Origin: Sumerlaeia bacterium
GTDB taxonomy: Bacteria > Sumerlaeota > Sumerlaeia > SLMS01 > JAHLLQ01
Assembly: GCA_040219255.1 (NCBI GenBank)
Contig: JAVJSW010000030.1
Location: 1 to 64,000, forward strand
Length of the DNA stretch: 64,000 nt
Direction: 5' to 3'
Part shown: positions 7,237 to 16,618 of the stretch, in pieces
How the letters are laid out: every line of letters begins with the position of its first letter
Numbering within the stretch: position 1 is the first letter of the stretch
Notes under the pieces: model-generated
Seen by the model: the letters and a program-made list of their open reading frames with translations, nothing else
Told to the model about the DNA's origin: nothing
Databases searched by the model: none
Translations under genes and position numbers: made by a program

Positions 7237-9111
7237 TTACTTCAACGTCCGCAGAAACTCGACGGCGCCCACCTCCTCGAAAACCGGCCATGCCTCGACC
7301 GAGGCGGCGTCGCCAAAGGCGTCCTTCAGCAGGATGGCTTCGTAGGCGGCGGCCATGGTGTCTTCCATGGTGCCAAGGCCGGTGGGGGCGTGTTCCATTT
7401 GCTGGAAATGCTCCTTCACGTGGCGAGCGACCTGCTTGGCTTTGGTGGTTTTCTTGCCGCTGAAGCTGTCCACCAGCGCATATCCCACGGCGCGCCCGAA
7501 ATCCCATCGGCCGGGCAACAGCGTCAGGAACAGATCGAGCCGGGCGTGGGCGCATTTTTCCTTGGAGAACAGGCCGACATCGCCGATGGAACCGCCCTTA
7601 GGCAGGTCGAACCGCATCTGGATCCGTTTCGGGTACAGGTCCGTCAGGCGCACGTCCATCGGATGGATGCGCACCTGGCACTTGGCTTTCACCACGCGGT
7701 GCAGGTAGGAGGACACGGGTTCGACGGCGAGGTGGATCAGGTCCCGCTCGTGCTGGGTCAGGGCCGCCCAATCGGGACAGAGCTGGGACGCCCATTCGTC
7801 CGTCTTGTCCTTCACGTTTTCCGGGAACGCGGGCGCGGCGGAGCGCCCCAGGATGGCCTGGACCCCAGCCAGACCGAAGGCGGCGCCGGGGGTGCGGGCG
7901 TCGGTTTCCAGGATTTCCTGGAACAGGGTTTCAGCCTTCTCCAGATCGCCCTCGCGCCAGGCCTTCTCGGCTCGCATCAGCTTGGCCATGCTGGCGGCGC
8001 CGGCTTGCTCGTATTCCTCGGCGTCTTCTTCGACGGCGCCCAGCGACCGCAGGGTCAGGCTGCCGGGTTCAAAGCCAGGGGGCGCGGCGAAAGCGGGGCG
8101 CGGGGCGGATGGCTGGGCCGAGGCAGGCGCGGGGGTGAAGCCTTCCGCCGGTGCCGCCGTGGCGACCGCGTCGGTGGCAAGCGGCGGCCTATCGGCGGCC
8201 ATGCCTTCCGTTTCGTCTTCGGCCATTTCGTCCGGAGCCGGGGGTTCTGCGCCGTGGGGTTCCTCCAGCGCGTCCTCCAACTCCGGCGCGACTTCCACGT
8301 CCGGGTCCGCTTCGGCGTCGTGGAGTGCGTCGGCTTCGGCGGCGGCCACTTCGTCCGGGGCGGGCGGTTCCTCGAAGGGATCTTCGATTTCTTCGGCCAG
8401 GATCTCCGGCTCCCGGGGAGTGGCCCTTTCTTGGGCCACGGTCTCGACCACGGGTTCTTCGGGGACTTGTTCGGGCTCTGGCTCCGGTTCGGGGTCGTCG
8501 GCTTCGGCAGCGGGTTCTTCCTCGATGACTTCCGGTTCGTCGTCCTCTTCCGGCTCGTCGGCTGACTCGTCTTCGCCGACTTCCTCATCGTCGCCTTCGA
8601 CTTCGACGTCGTCGTCTTCGGTCAGGTCCTCCTCGTCCTCGAAGACCTCCTCGTCCTCCGGCTCTTCCTCGACCGGTTTCGGAGCTGGTTTGGGCTCGGC
8701 CGCCGGGGTGGCCGTCTTGCCGTCGATGAAGGCGAGCAGCTCGGCGTTGCCTTCCGCCTTCAGGTCGCCTCGGGCGGAGGCCAGGGCCTGGCGCGCCTGC
8801 ACTTCGCGGCCTTCTTCTTTCATCTGCTGGAACACGCGCGCCGCCACGGCGTCGGGGGCTTCTGTGCCGCCGAGCACATACAGGCCGTAGGCCACGGCCC
8901 AATCGTCGCGTTCGAGGCGCCGCAGGTACACGATGGCGTCCTCGCGCCCGGCCCAATCGCCCGGGGCGAACGTCATGTGCAGGCCCCGCACGGCGCCCGG
9001 CGACGGGTCGCCCTGGGTCAGGCGCTCGACCCGGCGGCGATCCGGATCGTCCGACGAGCCTTTCGCCTCTGTTTTCGAAGTGCTTCCAAACAGCCGGTCC
9101 AGCAGGCCCAT
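7237..9111 (-). CDS. Hypothetical protein with long acidic disordered region and TPR-like segment
   Basis: Starts MGLLDRLFG; E/D/P/A-rich centre; AEKAWREGDLEKAETLFQEIL TPR-like helix pair. Confidence 0.7.
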   Translation of the reverse strand: MGLLDRLFGSTSKTEAKGSSDDPDRRRVERLTQGDPSPGAVRGLHMTFAPGDWAGREDAIVYLRRLERDDWAVAYGLYVLGGTEAPDAVAARVFQQMKEEGREVQARQALASARGDLKAEGNAELLAFIDGKTATPAAEPKPAPKPVEEEPEDEEVFEDEEDLTEDDDVEVEGDDEEVGEDESADEPEEDDEPEVIEEEPAAEADDPEPEPEPEQVPEEPVVETVAQERATPREPEILAEEIEDPFEEPPAPDEVAAAEADALHDAEADPDVEVAPELEDALEEPHGAEPPAPDEMAEDETEGMAADRPPLATDAVATAAPAEGFTPAPASAQPSAPRPAFAAPPGFEPGSLTLRSLGAVEEDAEEYEQAGAASMAKLMRAEKAWREGDLEKAETLFQEILETDARTPGAAFGLAGVQAILGRSAAPAFPENVKDKTDEWASQLCPDWAALTQHERDLIHLAVEPVSSYLHRVVKAKCQVRIHPMDVRLTDLYPKRIQMRFDLPKGGSIGDVGLFSKEKCAHARLDLFLTLLPGRWDFGRAVGYALVDSFSGKKTTKAKQVARHVKEHFQQMEHAPTGLGTMEDTMAAAYEAILLKDAFGDAASVEAWPVFEEVGAVEFLRTLK

Positions 9112-9193
9112 GCGTCGCGTTCCTTCCGGGATCGAATCGTGGTGCGACCGGGCTCGCTCGGCGCCGGATCGCATGCCCTTGACGGGGCAGGAC

Positions 9194-10030
9194 TTAGTCC
9201 GATCGAGGAGCCGGTCTCAGGAGCAAACTGCGTTCGAACGCGCGGAGAGTCAACACAATGAGCATCACCGCCAGCGCCCCCAGCGGCAGCACAAACCCCG
9301 CCAGCGCCACGCTCTTCAGGAACGCCGCGTTCGTCAGCGCCGTCAGCCACAGCGCCAACCCGAAAACCTCTGTCTTGCCCAGCGGCACCACGCCCTCGCC
9401 CCGGTGCGCCACCAATCCCGCCGCCATCCGCCCCGCGATGGCCCCCGCCACGAGCCCCGCCAGCGCGTACGACGCCACCGTCTGCTGGGTCCCGCCGGCC
9501 AGCCAGATCACCCCCGACAAAGCCAGCCCGAACAGCCCCACGCCCGCCGGAATCAGCGAAATCATCTCGAGCACGCTCGCCAGCAAAAACAGCCAGATCG
9601 CGCACAAAATCACCTGCCAGATCGTCGCCACCGCCACCGTGCCCGTCAGCGGATTGGTCAGCACCGGAAACGCGAACCCCGCGAAAAACAGCGCCACTCC
9701 GGACACCAACAGCCCCACCGCGTGGCGTTCGCTGCGCACCCGGCCCAGGTCGCTCGCCAGCGTCGCCAGCGCCAACGGCAAAGCCGCCAGCGGCAACGTC
9801 CACACCGGCGATCCCACCCCCCGCAGCCCCGCCGCGTCGAGCCGCCCCTGCACCAACCCCAACACCACCGACCCGGCGGCCAACCCCACCCACAACCCAA
9901 ATCCCACGCGCCGAGGCTCCACCTCGCCATCGCGCCCCGCATGCGCCAACCGCTGCCGCCCGCGCGGGAGCAGCACGGTGGCGAGGGAGGCGCAGGCCAA
10001 TCCGATGAGGAATCCGACGGGGAAGGGCAT
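9194..10030 (-). CDS. Degenerate WecA/MraY-like (GT4) membrane protein
   Basis: Multi-TM; LTNPLTG loop and helix spacing resemble WecA, but the catalytic Asp/Asn motifs are absent. Confidence 0.5.
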   Translation of the reverse strand: MPFPVGFLIGLACASLATVLLPRGRQRLAHAGRDGEVEPRRVGFGLWVGLAAGSVVLGLVQGRLDAAGLRGVGSPVWTLPLAALPLALATLASDLGRVRSERHAVGLLVSGVALFFAGFAFPVLTNPLTGTVAVATIWQVILCAIWLFLLASVLEMISLIPAGVGLFGLALSGVIWLAGGTQQTVASYALAGLVAGAIAGRMAAGLVAHRGEGVVPLGKTEVFGLALWLTALTNAAFLKSVALAGFVLPLGALAVMLIVLTLRAFERSLLLRPAPRSD

Positions 10031-10043
10031 CACTGTGGGGTCG

Positions 10044-11897
10044 TCACTTGAAGAAATTCTCGCATTGGCGCTTACGCTCGCAGTAGCGGGCCCAGGAATC
10101 CAGCAAATAGGCTTGCCAATCCGCATCCCACCGCTTGGCGCGGTCGGGGTGGGCGGGGGGATGGAGGGTGCGGCCGTCGCTCTCGAGCCACGGCAGATAA
10201 TCCGGCCACGAGCAGGCCATGTGCTCGATGGGTTGGACAAAGGGCGCATCGGCAAAGCTGACTTCCGGCATCACATTGCGGCAGACGATCTCGCGCAGAT
10301 CCTCGGGCAATTCACGGAAATGAATGGGGTCGTCGGGCACGTTCAACCGATGAAAAGGCCCCGCGCCCTCGCACCAATTCATGTCGTATTCGTAGAAGCC
10401 AAAACGTGAAGGCTGGAAGGGGCCATAACGATAGTCCTCCCAGCGACGGGCGGCGCCGTTGGGGATGATGCCGAGGATGGTGCCGCTCGAATTCTTCCGA
10501 ACAAACTCTTCTTCGCCTAGTCTGTATGGTGAAAAGGTTTGATATCCACTTCTTACAAACGAGAATTCCATTCCTTTGTAATTGAATGTCTCAACAGGGT
10601 GATTTATCAAATCGATAGAAAGTGGTGTTTTCGAAACAAGGATATGGCAAAATTCATAGCTGACGAAATACTTGTAAATAGTAAAGACGTCGTCGTCGAA
10701 GAAAAGATCGGCAAAGTCGTAATTTCGAAATTCGAGTCCCATCATTTTCTTCAATGATTCATGGTATCTCCAAGATGAAAACAGAGTGCGCTTGTCTACA
10801 AGGTTTGCCCAAATCAATCCGTCAAGATCGTTTGTAACTCCGATCATTCCTGTAAAGAATACTCCCACAAATCCATTCTTATCAATAGAGAAGAATTCGC
10901 GTTTCTTATTCCATTGATTGTAACCTGAGATCACAGATTCATTTGGGTATTTTATTTCCATATTATCGGGATTATCCCCTGTGACGTAACTTCTCCAATG
11001 TGGGACTCGTATATTATGAGGGTATTCTATGGCGCTCTCCGCAAACAAGCTCGATAGGATCCTCTCCTTTTTATCGCTTGCCAAAAAACGCTCATCATTC
11101 CGTATAGTGTTCCAAGCGTTCTCACTAGGCCAAGCGGAAGCCAAATCCTCACCCCGATAGTCACTTTCAGCCCAAGATTCGGTTGGTCTGTGTTCTGAAA
11201 ATTGAAATACAGGGTTAAATTCAAAATCAATATAGGGTGAAAGAGGCTCAGCTATTTGTTTTCGAAAGTGGTCCGATAACATACTAATATTTATTGGGTA
11301 TCTAGGACGTGTATCTCTTACATAGACTCCACCGTAGCCCACACTATGCTCAAATAAGTAAATTCCCAAGAATTCATATCCCCAGAATTTGCCTCCACGT
11401 CCTCCGTCTCCGCTTTTTACCCATATGGACTCGACGGATTGATCGCAGAGCCTATCTAAGAGAAAAGCTTTGCTCACTCTCCCCGATGATAATGGACAAC
11501 AAGAAACACAAATATATTTACCTTGAATGGGGCATAGAGGAACCCAACCCCAACTTTCATCGTCCTTATATTGAAATTGTAACGCTAGCTCCCTGCTCTT
11601 CACTACGAACAAGAAGAACCGATCAACATCTGATCCGTAACCATAGGAATCTGACATACCTTCAATGGTGGTCTTGTCGATCTGACTGTGGGACTCAAAA
11701 TCGATGAGTTTGTATGCATCAGGCATCTCTCTCAGTTCTTCGAGCAGGGCTTGATCGAAATCCCAGTCATCGTCGTGTCTCTGACAAATAAGAGGCGCAC
11801 CTCGCTGATAGTCTCCTCCGCTGACATCCAGAGCACAAAAGTATCCCAAATTGCCGACACTATCCAAACCCATCCAAGTGCTGCTTGTTCCACTCAC
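10044..11897 (-). CDS. Low-GC hypothetical protein made of two tandem homologous domains
   Basis: 617-aa open frame, AT-rich (10921-10980 = 21/60 GC); internal repeat of G.Y...R...P..PI....L....R...F...P..Q..EH...SW. Confidence 0.75.
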   Translation of the reverse strand: MSGTSSTWMGLDSVGNLGYFCALDVSGGDYQRGAPLICQRHDDDWDFDQALLEELREMPDAYKLIDFESHSQIDKTTIEGMSDSYGYGSDVDRFFLFVVKSRELALQFQYKDDESWGWVPLCPIQGKYICVSCCPLSSGRVSKAFLLDRLCDQSVESIWVKSGDGGRGGKFWGYEFLGIYLFEHSVGYGGVYVRDTRPRYPINISMLSDHFRKQIAEPLSPYIDFEFNPVFQFSEHRPTESWAESDYRGEDLASAWPSENAWNTIRNDERFLASDKKERILSSLFAESAIEYPHNIRVPHWRSYVTGDNPDNMEIKYPNESVISGYNQWNKKREFFSIDKNGFVGVFFTGMIGVTNDLDGLIWANLVDKRTLFSSWRYHESLKKMMGLEFRNYDFADLFFDDDVFTIYKYFVSYEFCHILVSKTPLSIDLINHPVETFNYKGMEFSFVRSGYQTFSPYRLGEEEFVRKNSSGTILGIIPNGAARRWEDYRYGPFQPSRFGFYEYDMNWCEGAGPFHRLNVPDDPIHFRELPEDLREIVCRNVMPEVSFADAPFVQPIEHMACSWPDYLPWLESDGRTLHPPAHPDRAKRWDADWQAYLLDSWARYCERKRQCENFFK

Positions 11898-11900
11898 ATC

Positions 11901-12827
11901 TCACCCCCCCTCCACAACCCGAGCCCCACCGGCCCCCGCCCGCTTCCGGTCCCCGCGCCGTTTGGCCCAGACGCTCACCAGCTGCACCCCGCAGCGCCCC
12001 CAGACCATGAGGAACGTGACGGCATCGAGGAAGATGAGTTCGCGGCTGTAGTGTTTTTTGTAGAACAGGTACATCGACCGGTGGCGTTGGACCAGGGGCA
12101 TGAAGGGGAATTTGCCCGACGATTTGCCGATGTGGTGCATGACTTCGCCCTGGGGCAGGTAGGCGACGCGGGTTTTGGCCTGCCAGGCGCGGAGGCAATA
12201 ATCGACGTCCTCGCTGTACATAAAAAACTTCTCGTCCAGGCCGCCGATGCGGTCGAAGAGATCGCGCCGGATTACCAGGCAAGCGCCCGAGACCCAATCC
12301 ACATCGCGCTCCCGGTCTTCCTCCAGGTCGCTCATCAAATAACTGGCGCTAAAGGGGTTATTCGGGAACAGCCGCGTCAGGATGCTGTAGCGGTTGAAGA
12401 GCGCCTGCTGGAACGACGGGAAGCGCCGGACCGAGAGCTGGCGCGAGCCGTCGGGGTTGAGGAGTTTCAGCCCGGCCACGCCCACCTCGGGCCGTTCGTC
12501 CATGCGGGCGACGGCGGCGGCGAACGATCCGGGGCGGGCTTCCGTGTCGTTGTTCAGCAGACACAGGTACCGCCCCCGCGCGATTTCGAGGCCTTGGTTG
12601 TTGGCGCGGGTGAAGCCTTTGTTGTCCGCGTTGGCGATCAGGCGCGCCTCCGGGAATTCCGTGCGCACGACGTTCGGCGCGCCGTCGGCGCTGGCGTTAT
12701 CGACGACGATAGCTTCCCAGGTCAGGCCCTCGCAGGCGGCGGGCAGGCTCTCGAGACACGCCCGCAGCAAATCCGCGTTGTTGTAATTGACGATGATCAG
12801 GCTGATGTCGAGGAGCGGCGCGCTCAC
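11901..12827 (-). CDS. Glycosyltransferase family 2 (WbbL/rhamnosyltransferase-like)
   Basis: IIVNYN, VVDNASADG, LLNNDT, WVSGAC, FFMYSEDVD motifs; GTG start overlaps the upstream stop. Confidence 0.9.
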   Translation of the reverse strand: MSAPLLDISLIIVNYNNADLLRACLESLPAACEGLTWEAIVVDNASADGAPNVVRTEFPEARLIANADNKGFTRANNQGLEIARGRYLCLLNNDTEARPGSFAAAVARMDERPEVGVAGLKLLNPDGSRQLSVRRFPSFQQALFNRYSILTRLFPNNPFSASYLMSDLEEDRERDVDWVSGACLVIRRDLFDRIGGLDEKFFMYSEDVDYCLRAWQAKTRVAYLPQGEVMHHIGKSSGKFPFMPLVQRHRSMYLFYKKHYSRELIFLDAVTFLMVWGRCGVQLVSVWAKRRGDRKRAGAGGARVVEGG

Positions 12828-13654
12828 CCCGCCGCCTCCCAACTGCCGAGCCGTGGGCTCGGGTCGCGCAGGCCCCATTCCATCCGCGTCTTTTTAAGCC
12901 AGAACAGGAATCCGCTCCTGAGGTGCGCCACCGTGAGGCTGTTGAACCCCGCGGCGCTCATGCGCTGGACCTTGTGGATGATGCGCGCGTGGGGGTTGAA
13001 GGCGATGCGCCACCCGGCCTGGCGCGCGCGCCAGCACCAGTCCGTGTCCTCGAACCCGAACTTATAGCGGTCGTCGAAGAGGCCGACGTCCTCGATGGCG
13101 CGGCGCCGCATGCAGAAACACGCCCCCGCCACCCAGTCCCCCGCGAAGGGTTTGCTGCGGTCCTTGTCCTTCATCAAATGGCGATGGTTCCAGGGGTTGT
13201 TCTCCCAGTTCTCGTGCCACGGCATGCGCCGGACCAGGATCGTGCCCAAGTCGTAGAAGCGCTTCACGTTGTACTCGATGCTGCCATCGGGGCGGCGGGT
13301 GTTGGCCCCGCAAGCCCCCACATCCCGGTTCGCGTCCATGAAGCCAACCAGCGCGTCAAAGCACCCCGGCAGGACCTCGGTGTCGGCGTCGAGCATCAGG
13401 CAGTACCGGCCGCGGGCTTCGCGAATGCCGACGTTGCGCATTTCGGCGATGCCGAATTTCGGGTGGGAAATCAGACGCACCCAATCATAGCGCGCCACCA
13501 ACTCCTCGGCGCCGTCGCCGCTCGGCTTGTTCACCACGATGACTTCGATGGTGCAGCGGCGCTCCTGGGCGTCGATGCTGGGCATCACCTTGGCCAGATC
13601 GTGGGCCATGCGCCAATTGATCAGAACGACAGAGAGGTCGGGGCGGGGTGCCAT
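12824..13654 (-). CDS. Glycosyltransferase family 2
   Basis: LSVVLINW, MLDADT, WVAGAC, FGFEDTDWC motifs. Confidence 0.88.
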   Translation of the reverse strand: MAPRPDLSVVLINWRMAHDLAKVMPSIDAQERRCTIEVIVVNKPSGDGAEELVARYDWVRLISHPKFGIAEMRNVGIREARGRYCLMLDADTEVLPGCFDALVGFMDANRDVGACGANTRRPDGSIEYNVKRFYDLGTILVRRMPWHENWENNPWNHRHLMKDKDRSKPFAGDWVAGACFCMRRRAIEDVGLFDDRYKFGFEDTDWCWRARQAGWRIAFNPHARIIHKVQRMSAAGFNSLTVAHLRSGFLFWLKKTRMEWGLRDPSPRLGSWEAAG

Positions 13655-13886
13655 GGTGTCAGCGGTGCCTGTCGGGAATCCTCGGAGGTGATCGGGGCAG
13701 GCGAAATGCCCGCGAATTGGACTGTCTAGCCAGCAGGAAGGTTGGGACGTTTCCGGCCAGTGGCAAGGCGGAAATGGGTTGGGCGGGCAATTTCTCACGG
13801 GGGATTGCGTTGACGATCCGGCAGGTTTGGCCTTACAGGAAGGACTGAAATTATCCACGGTCATTGCCATTCAAGAGAGCAATCCG

Positions 13887-14192
13887 ATGCACCTTCGTGT
13901 GATCCCCGCTTGCGTCGCTGGCGGAAACCGCCCTCGGCCCTACGAAGCCGTCCTTCAAGCCGACCGCTTCGACTCCACCCAGGTGCAAGTCAGTTGGTCG
14001 CTCAAAGTCGGAGGAAAATACGGATCGGCCTTCGGCGGCCAAATCGTCGATCCCACCCCGCGCGACACCGGAACCACCTTCACCCTCGCCTTCTCGGCGC
14101 CGGCCAGCCTCGGCCCCGTCGAAAGCGTCAGCTTCCAAGCCCGAGGCACCACCGGAAACCGGGTGGCCTCGGTGGGGACGGGGATGCCATGA
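13887..14192 (+). CDS. Small hypothetical beta-rich protein (start uncertain)
   Basis: Host-like codon usage; stop overlaps the ATG of the next gene. Confidence 0.4.
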   Translation: MHLRVIPACVAGGNRPRPYEAVLQADRFDSTQVQVSWSLKVGGKYGSAFGGQIVDPTPRDTGTTFTLAFSAPASLGPVESVSFQARGTTGNRVASVGTGMP

Positions 14193-15211
14193 CCAGGAGG
14201 GCGACGTTGAATGGGACTTGCACACGATGGATGGTGGCCGCGGTGCTTGCCGGATCAGGAGCGATGGCTGCGGGTCAGGAGCCGGGGGTGGAGGAGGAGA
14301 AGGCGTCGGTGTGCTATTCGGTGGCAGGGACATTCTATTACGACGTCAACGGACGCTATGGCCTGCAATCCCAAGCTGAATTTCCACCACCAGAGGAACA
14401 TTTTTTTCGATATTGGTATGACGAATCTGGTCAGCTTCAAAGCTCAGCTACAAATCCCGGATGCATCTTCACCGAGGGACAAGGAGTCTATACCGAAAAA
14501 ACCTCACCCTTCTACGGATGCTTCTCAACATACTGGGGCGCGGGAGTAAACGCTTCTGTGGGCAATGGTGAAGAGGCCATCATGTTCACGCAGTTCTGGG
14601 TGGCGCCGGTGGATGGGGAGGCGGTGGGGATGGAACGTCTCGACTTTGATTTGTCATTCTTGGAGTTTCCGGCGCTCGGTGTTCTTGGATTTACAGTCAT
14701 CATTGCGGACAACAAATCTAGCCCTTCATTGGCAAACTACGATTTTCATTTTCCAGCTTTTTCGGAAAGAGAGGTGTCCTTCAAAGTGGAATACTTGGAA
14801 GGCAATGCGCGATTTGGCGATGTGCCTTACATGACGACATATCGCCAGCCCGTGAGTTCTTTGACTTCTTCCAAAACGATTATTTGGGATGAGGGCGATG
14901 GATATGCTCCTCTCGGACCGCTACTCTTTTATCCAGAAGGAACGGTGCCGGTTGGACCCGTTCGTCTTTCCGTGGGCATGGAGGGGTATACAACCGATAC
15001 GGTGGTGACCGAGATCGTCTGGCAGCACCAAACACAGGCCCGGATGCTCCTGGAACCGGACAGGCATTCCCAAAACCCCGGCCCCGGCCCCACCGACCTC
15101 GGCCTGCCCGACGTCATCGAGCCGCCCCGCTGGCCCTATCCCGTTTCGGCCGATTGCGTTCCGACGGGGGCGCTGCGGGAGACGCCTCGCGAAGGGTGGA
15201 TGGCGCGATGA
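14189..15211 (+). CDS. Secreted hypothetical protein with AT-rich core and GWMAR tail
   Basis: Signal-like WMVAAVLAGSGAMAA; Pro-rich region before the tail; ends REGWMAR. Confidence 0.7.
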   Translation: MTRRATLNGTCTRWMVAAVLAGSGAMAAGQEPGVEEEKASVCYSVAGTFYYDVNGRYGLQSQAEFPPPEEHFFRYWYDESGQLQSSATNPGCIFTEGQGVYTEKTSPFYGCFSTYWGAGVNASVGNGEEAIMFTQFWVAPVDGEAVGMERLDFDLSFLEFPALGVLGFTVIIADNKSSPSLANYDFHFPAFSEREVSFKVEYLEGNARFGDVPYMTTYRQPVSSLTSSKTIIWDEGDGYAPLGPLLFYPEGTVPVGPVRLSVGMEGYTTDTVVTEIVWQHQTQARMLLEPDRHSQNPGPGPTDLGLPDVIEPPRWPYPVSADCVPTGALRETPREGWMAR

Positions 15212-15357
15212 AACTACAACTGTTATTGGCGCTTACTCTGATGACTCTGCCGCTAGAAAATAGCCGTTTCGCCGAAAGCGAGAGAGAGAGAAGTCATCGC
15301 CCCACCGGCGTCGCCGATCAATTGCGGCGCAACATCGCGGTCTTCAACGCCCAGTAA
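15208..15357 (+). CDS. 49-aa ORF with signal-like N-terminus, possibly a gene remnant
   Basis: ATGA overlap with the upstream stop; MKLQLLLALTLMTLPL. Confidence 0.3.
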   Translation: MKLQLLLALTLMTLPLENSRFAESERERSHRPTGVADQLRRNIAVFNAQ

Positions 15358-15383
15358 TGGCCCCACACCCCCTCTCCCGGGAT

Positions 15384-15415
15384 CCTCAGCGTCCCCCGCG
15401 CCTCTGCGGTGAATT
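15384..15415 (-). repeat. Periodic intergenic repeat copy
   Basis: Minus strand AATTCACCGCAGAGGCGCGGGGGACGCTGAGG, 24/32 identical without gaps to 3965-3996. Confidence 0.6.
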
Positions 15416-15492
15416 CTCCCCATCCCCCTTGCCCGCTGGCGCGGCGTTTGTTTACTCGAAGGCAGAACCAACGCCTCGCGAGGAAAACCACC

Positions 15493-15732
15493 ATGCCCCA
15501 CACTATCGAAGAGCAAGAATCGAAAGCCCGCAAAATCATCGAAGACCTGCGCCCCTACATCCAGGCCGACGGCGGCGATGTCGTGTACGACCGGCTCGAA
15601 GACGCCGTCGTCTATATCGAGCTGCAGGGCGCCTGCGTCGGCTGCGCGTCGTCGCTCATGACCCTCAAGATGGGCATCGAGCGCCGCATCTGCGACGAAA
15701 TCCCGGAAATCCAAGCCGTCGAAATGATCTGA
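15493..15732 (+). CDS. NifU C-terminal domain (Nfu) Fe-S protein
   Basis: LRPYIQADGGDV...LQGACVGCASSLMTLKMGIE. Confidence 0.92.
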   Translation: MPHTIEEQESKARKIIEDLRPYIQADGGDVVYDRLEDAVVYIELQGACVGCASSLMTLKMGIERRICDEIPEIQAVEMI

Positions 15733-15739
15733 GCCCCCC

Positions 15740-16531
15740 ATGATCGACCTCCACAACCACACCCCCGCCTGCCATCATGCCGTCGGCGAACCCGAGGAAT
15801 ACGTCCGCCGCGCCATCGAGCAAGGCGTCCAGGAATACGGCATCAGCGAACACTCGCCCTGGATTCTCACCTACCCGAACGAGCCCCTGTCGCCCACCGA
15901 GCCCGAGTTCCGCCAGCTCCTCAAGCGCCTCGAAGGCATCCGCGATTCCACCACCGAGCTGAAGTTCCGCATTGGCATCGAAGCCGATTATATCCCCGAG
16001 AAATGCGATGAAGCCCTCGCCTTCTTCAAGAGCTACCCCTTCGACTACATCATCGGGTCCGTCCACAACATCGGCCAATGGATCTTCGACGACCCGGGAA
16101 AAATCGATCAGTGGGACGAACGCGACGTGGACGTGGTCTATTCGGAGTATCTCGCGCTGATGCAGGGCCTGATCGAATGGGGCCAGGTGGACATTCTGGC
16201 GCACCTGGACCTGCCGAAGAAATTCGGCCACAAACCGACCCGGGGCCTTCTGCCGGTTTTCGAAAGCCTGATCCCCATGATCGCCGAGGCGGGCGTTGTG
16301 GTGGAGGTGAACTGTGCCGGCCGCATCAAGCCGGTGGGCGAGTTCTACCCCCACCCGGACATCGTTCGGGCCCTCGTGAAGGCCGGCGTCCCCATGACCG
16401 TCAGCAGCGACGGCCACAGCCCCGCCCAGGTCGGGCACTATCGCCAGGAAGCGATCCAGATGCTGCGAGATTTCGGCGCCAAGGAAATCTTCAGCTTCAG
16501 CCAGCGCCAAAAAATCGGCTACCGGATTTAG
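15740..16531 (+). CDS. PHP-family histidinol-phosphatase (HisJ-like)
   Basis: DLHNHT, SEH, GIEAD, IGSVH, LAHLD, SSDGH metal-binding motifs. Confidence 0.85.
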   Translation: MIDLHNHTPACHHAVGEPEEYVRRAIEQGVQEYGISEHSPWILTYPNEPLSPTEPEFRQLLKRLEGIRDSTTELKFRIGIEADYIPEKCDEALAFFKSYPFDYIIGSVHNIGQWIFDDPGKIDQWDERDVDVVYSEYLALMQGLIEWGQVDILAHLDLPKKFGHKPTRGLLPVFESLIPMIAEAGVVVEVNCAGRIKPVGEFYPHPDIVRALVKAGVPMTVSSDGHSPAQVGHYRQEAIQMLRDFGAKEIFSFSQRQKIGYRI

Positions 16532-16618
16532 AGCGCCATCGTGCGCGGGCACGAGGCGTCAGTGCCTCTGTCGCAAGGCCTTGCAAGCCATGAAAAACGC
16601 GGCTTGGGAAATACTCAG

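Noticed and set aside
7805-8890. Ser-rich plus-strand ORF
   Set aside because: Antisense reading of the Glu/Asp-rich region of the real minus-strand gene.
10044-15211. Diversity-generating retroelement explaining the AT-rich patches
   Set aside because: No reverse transcriptase and no template/variable repeat pair seen in the window; one acting in trans cannot be excluded.
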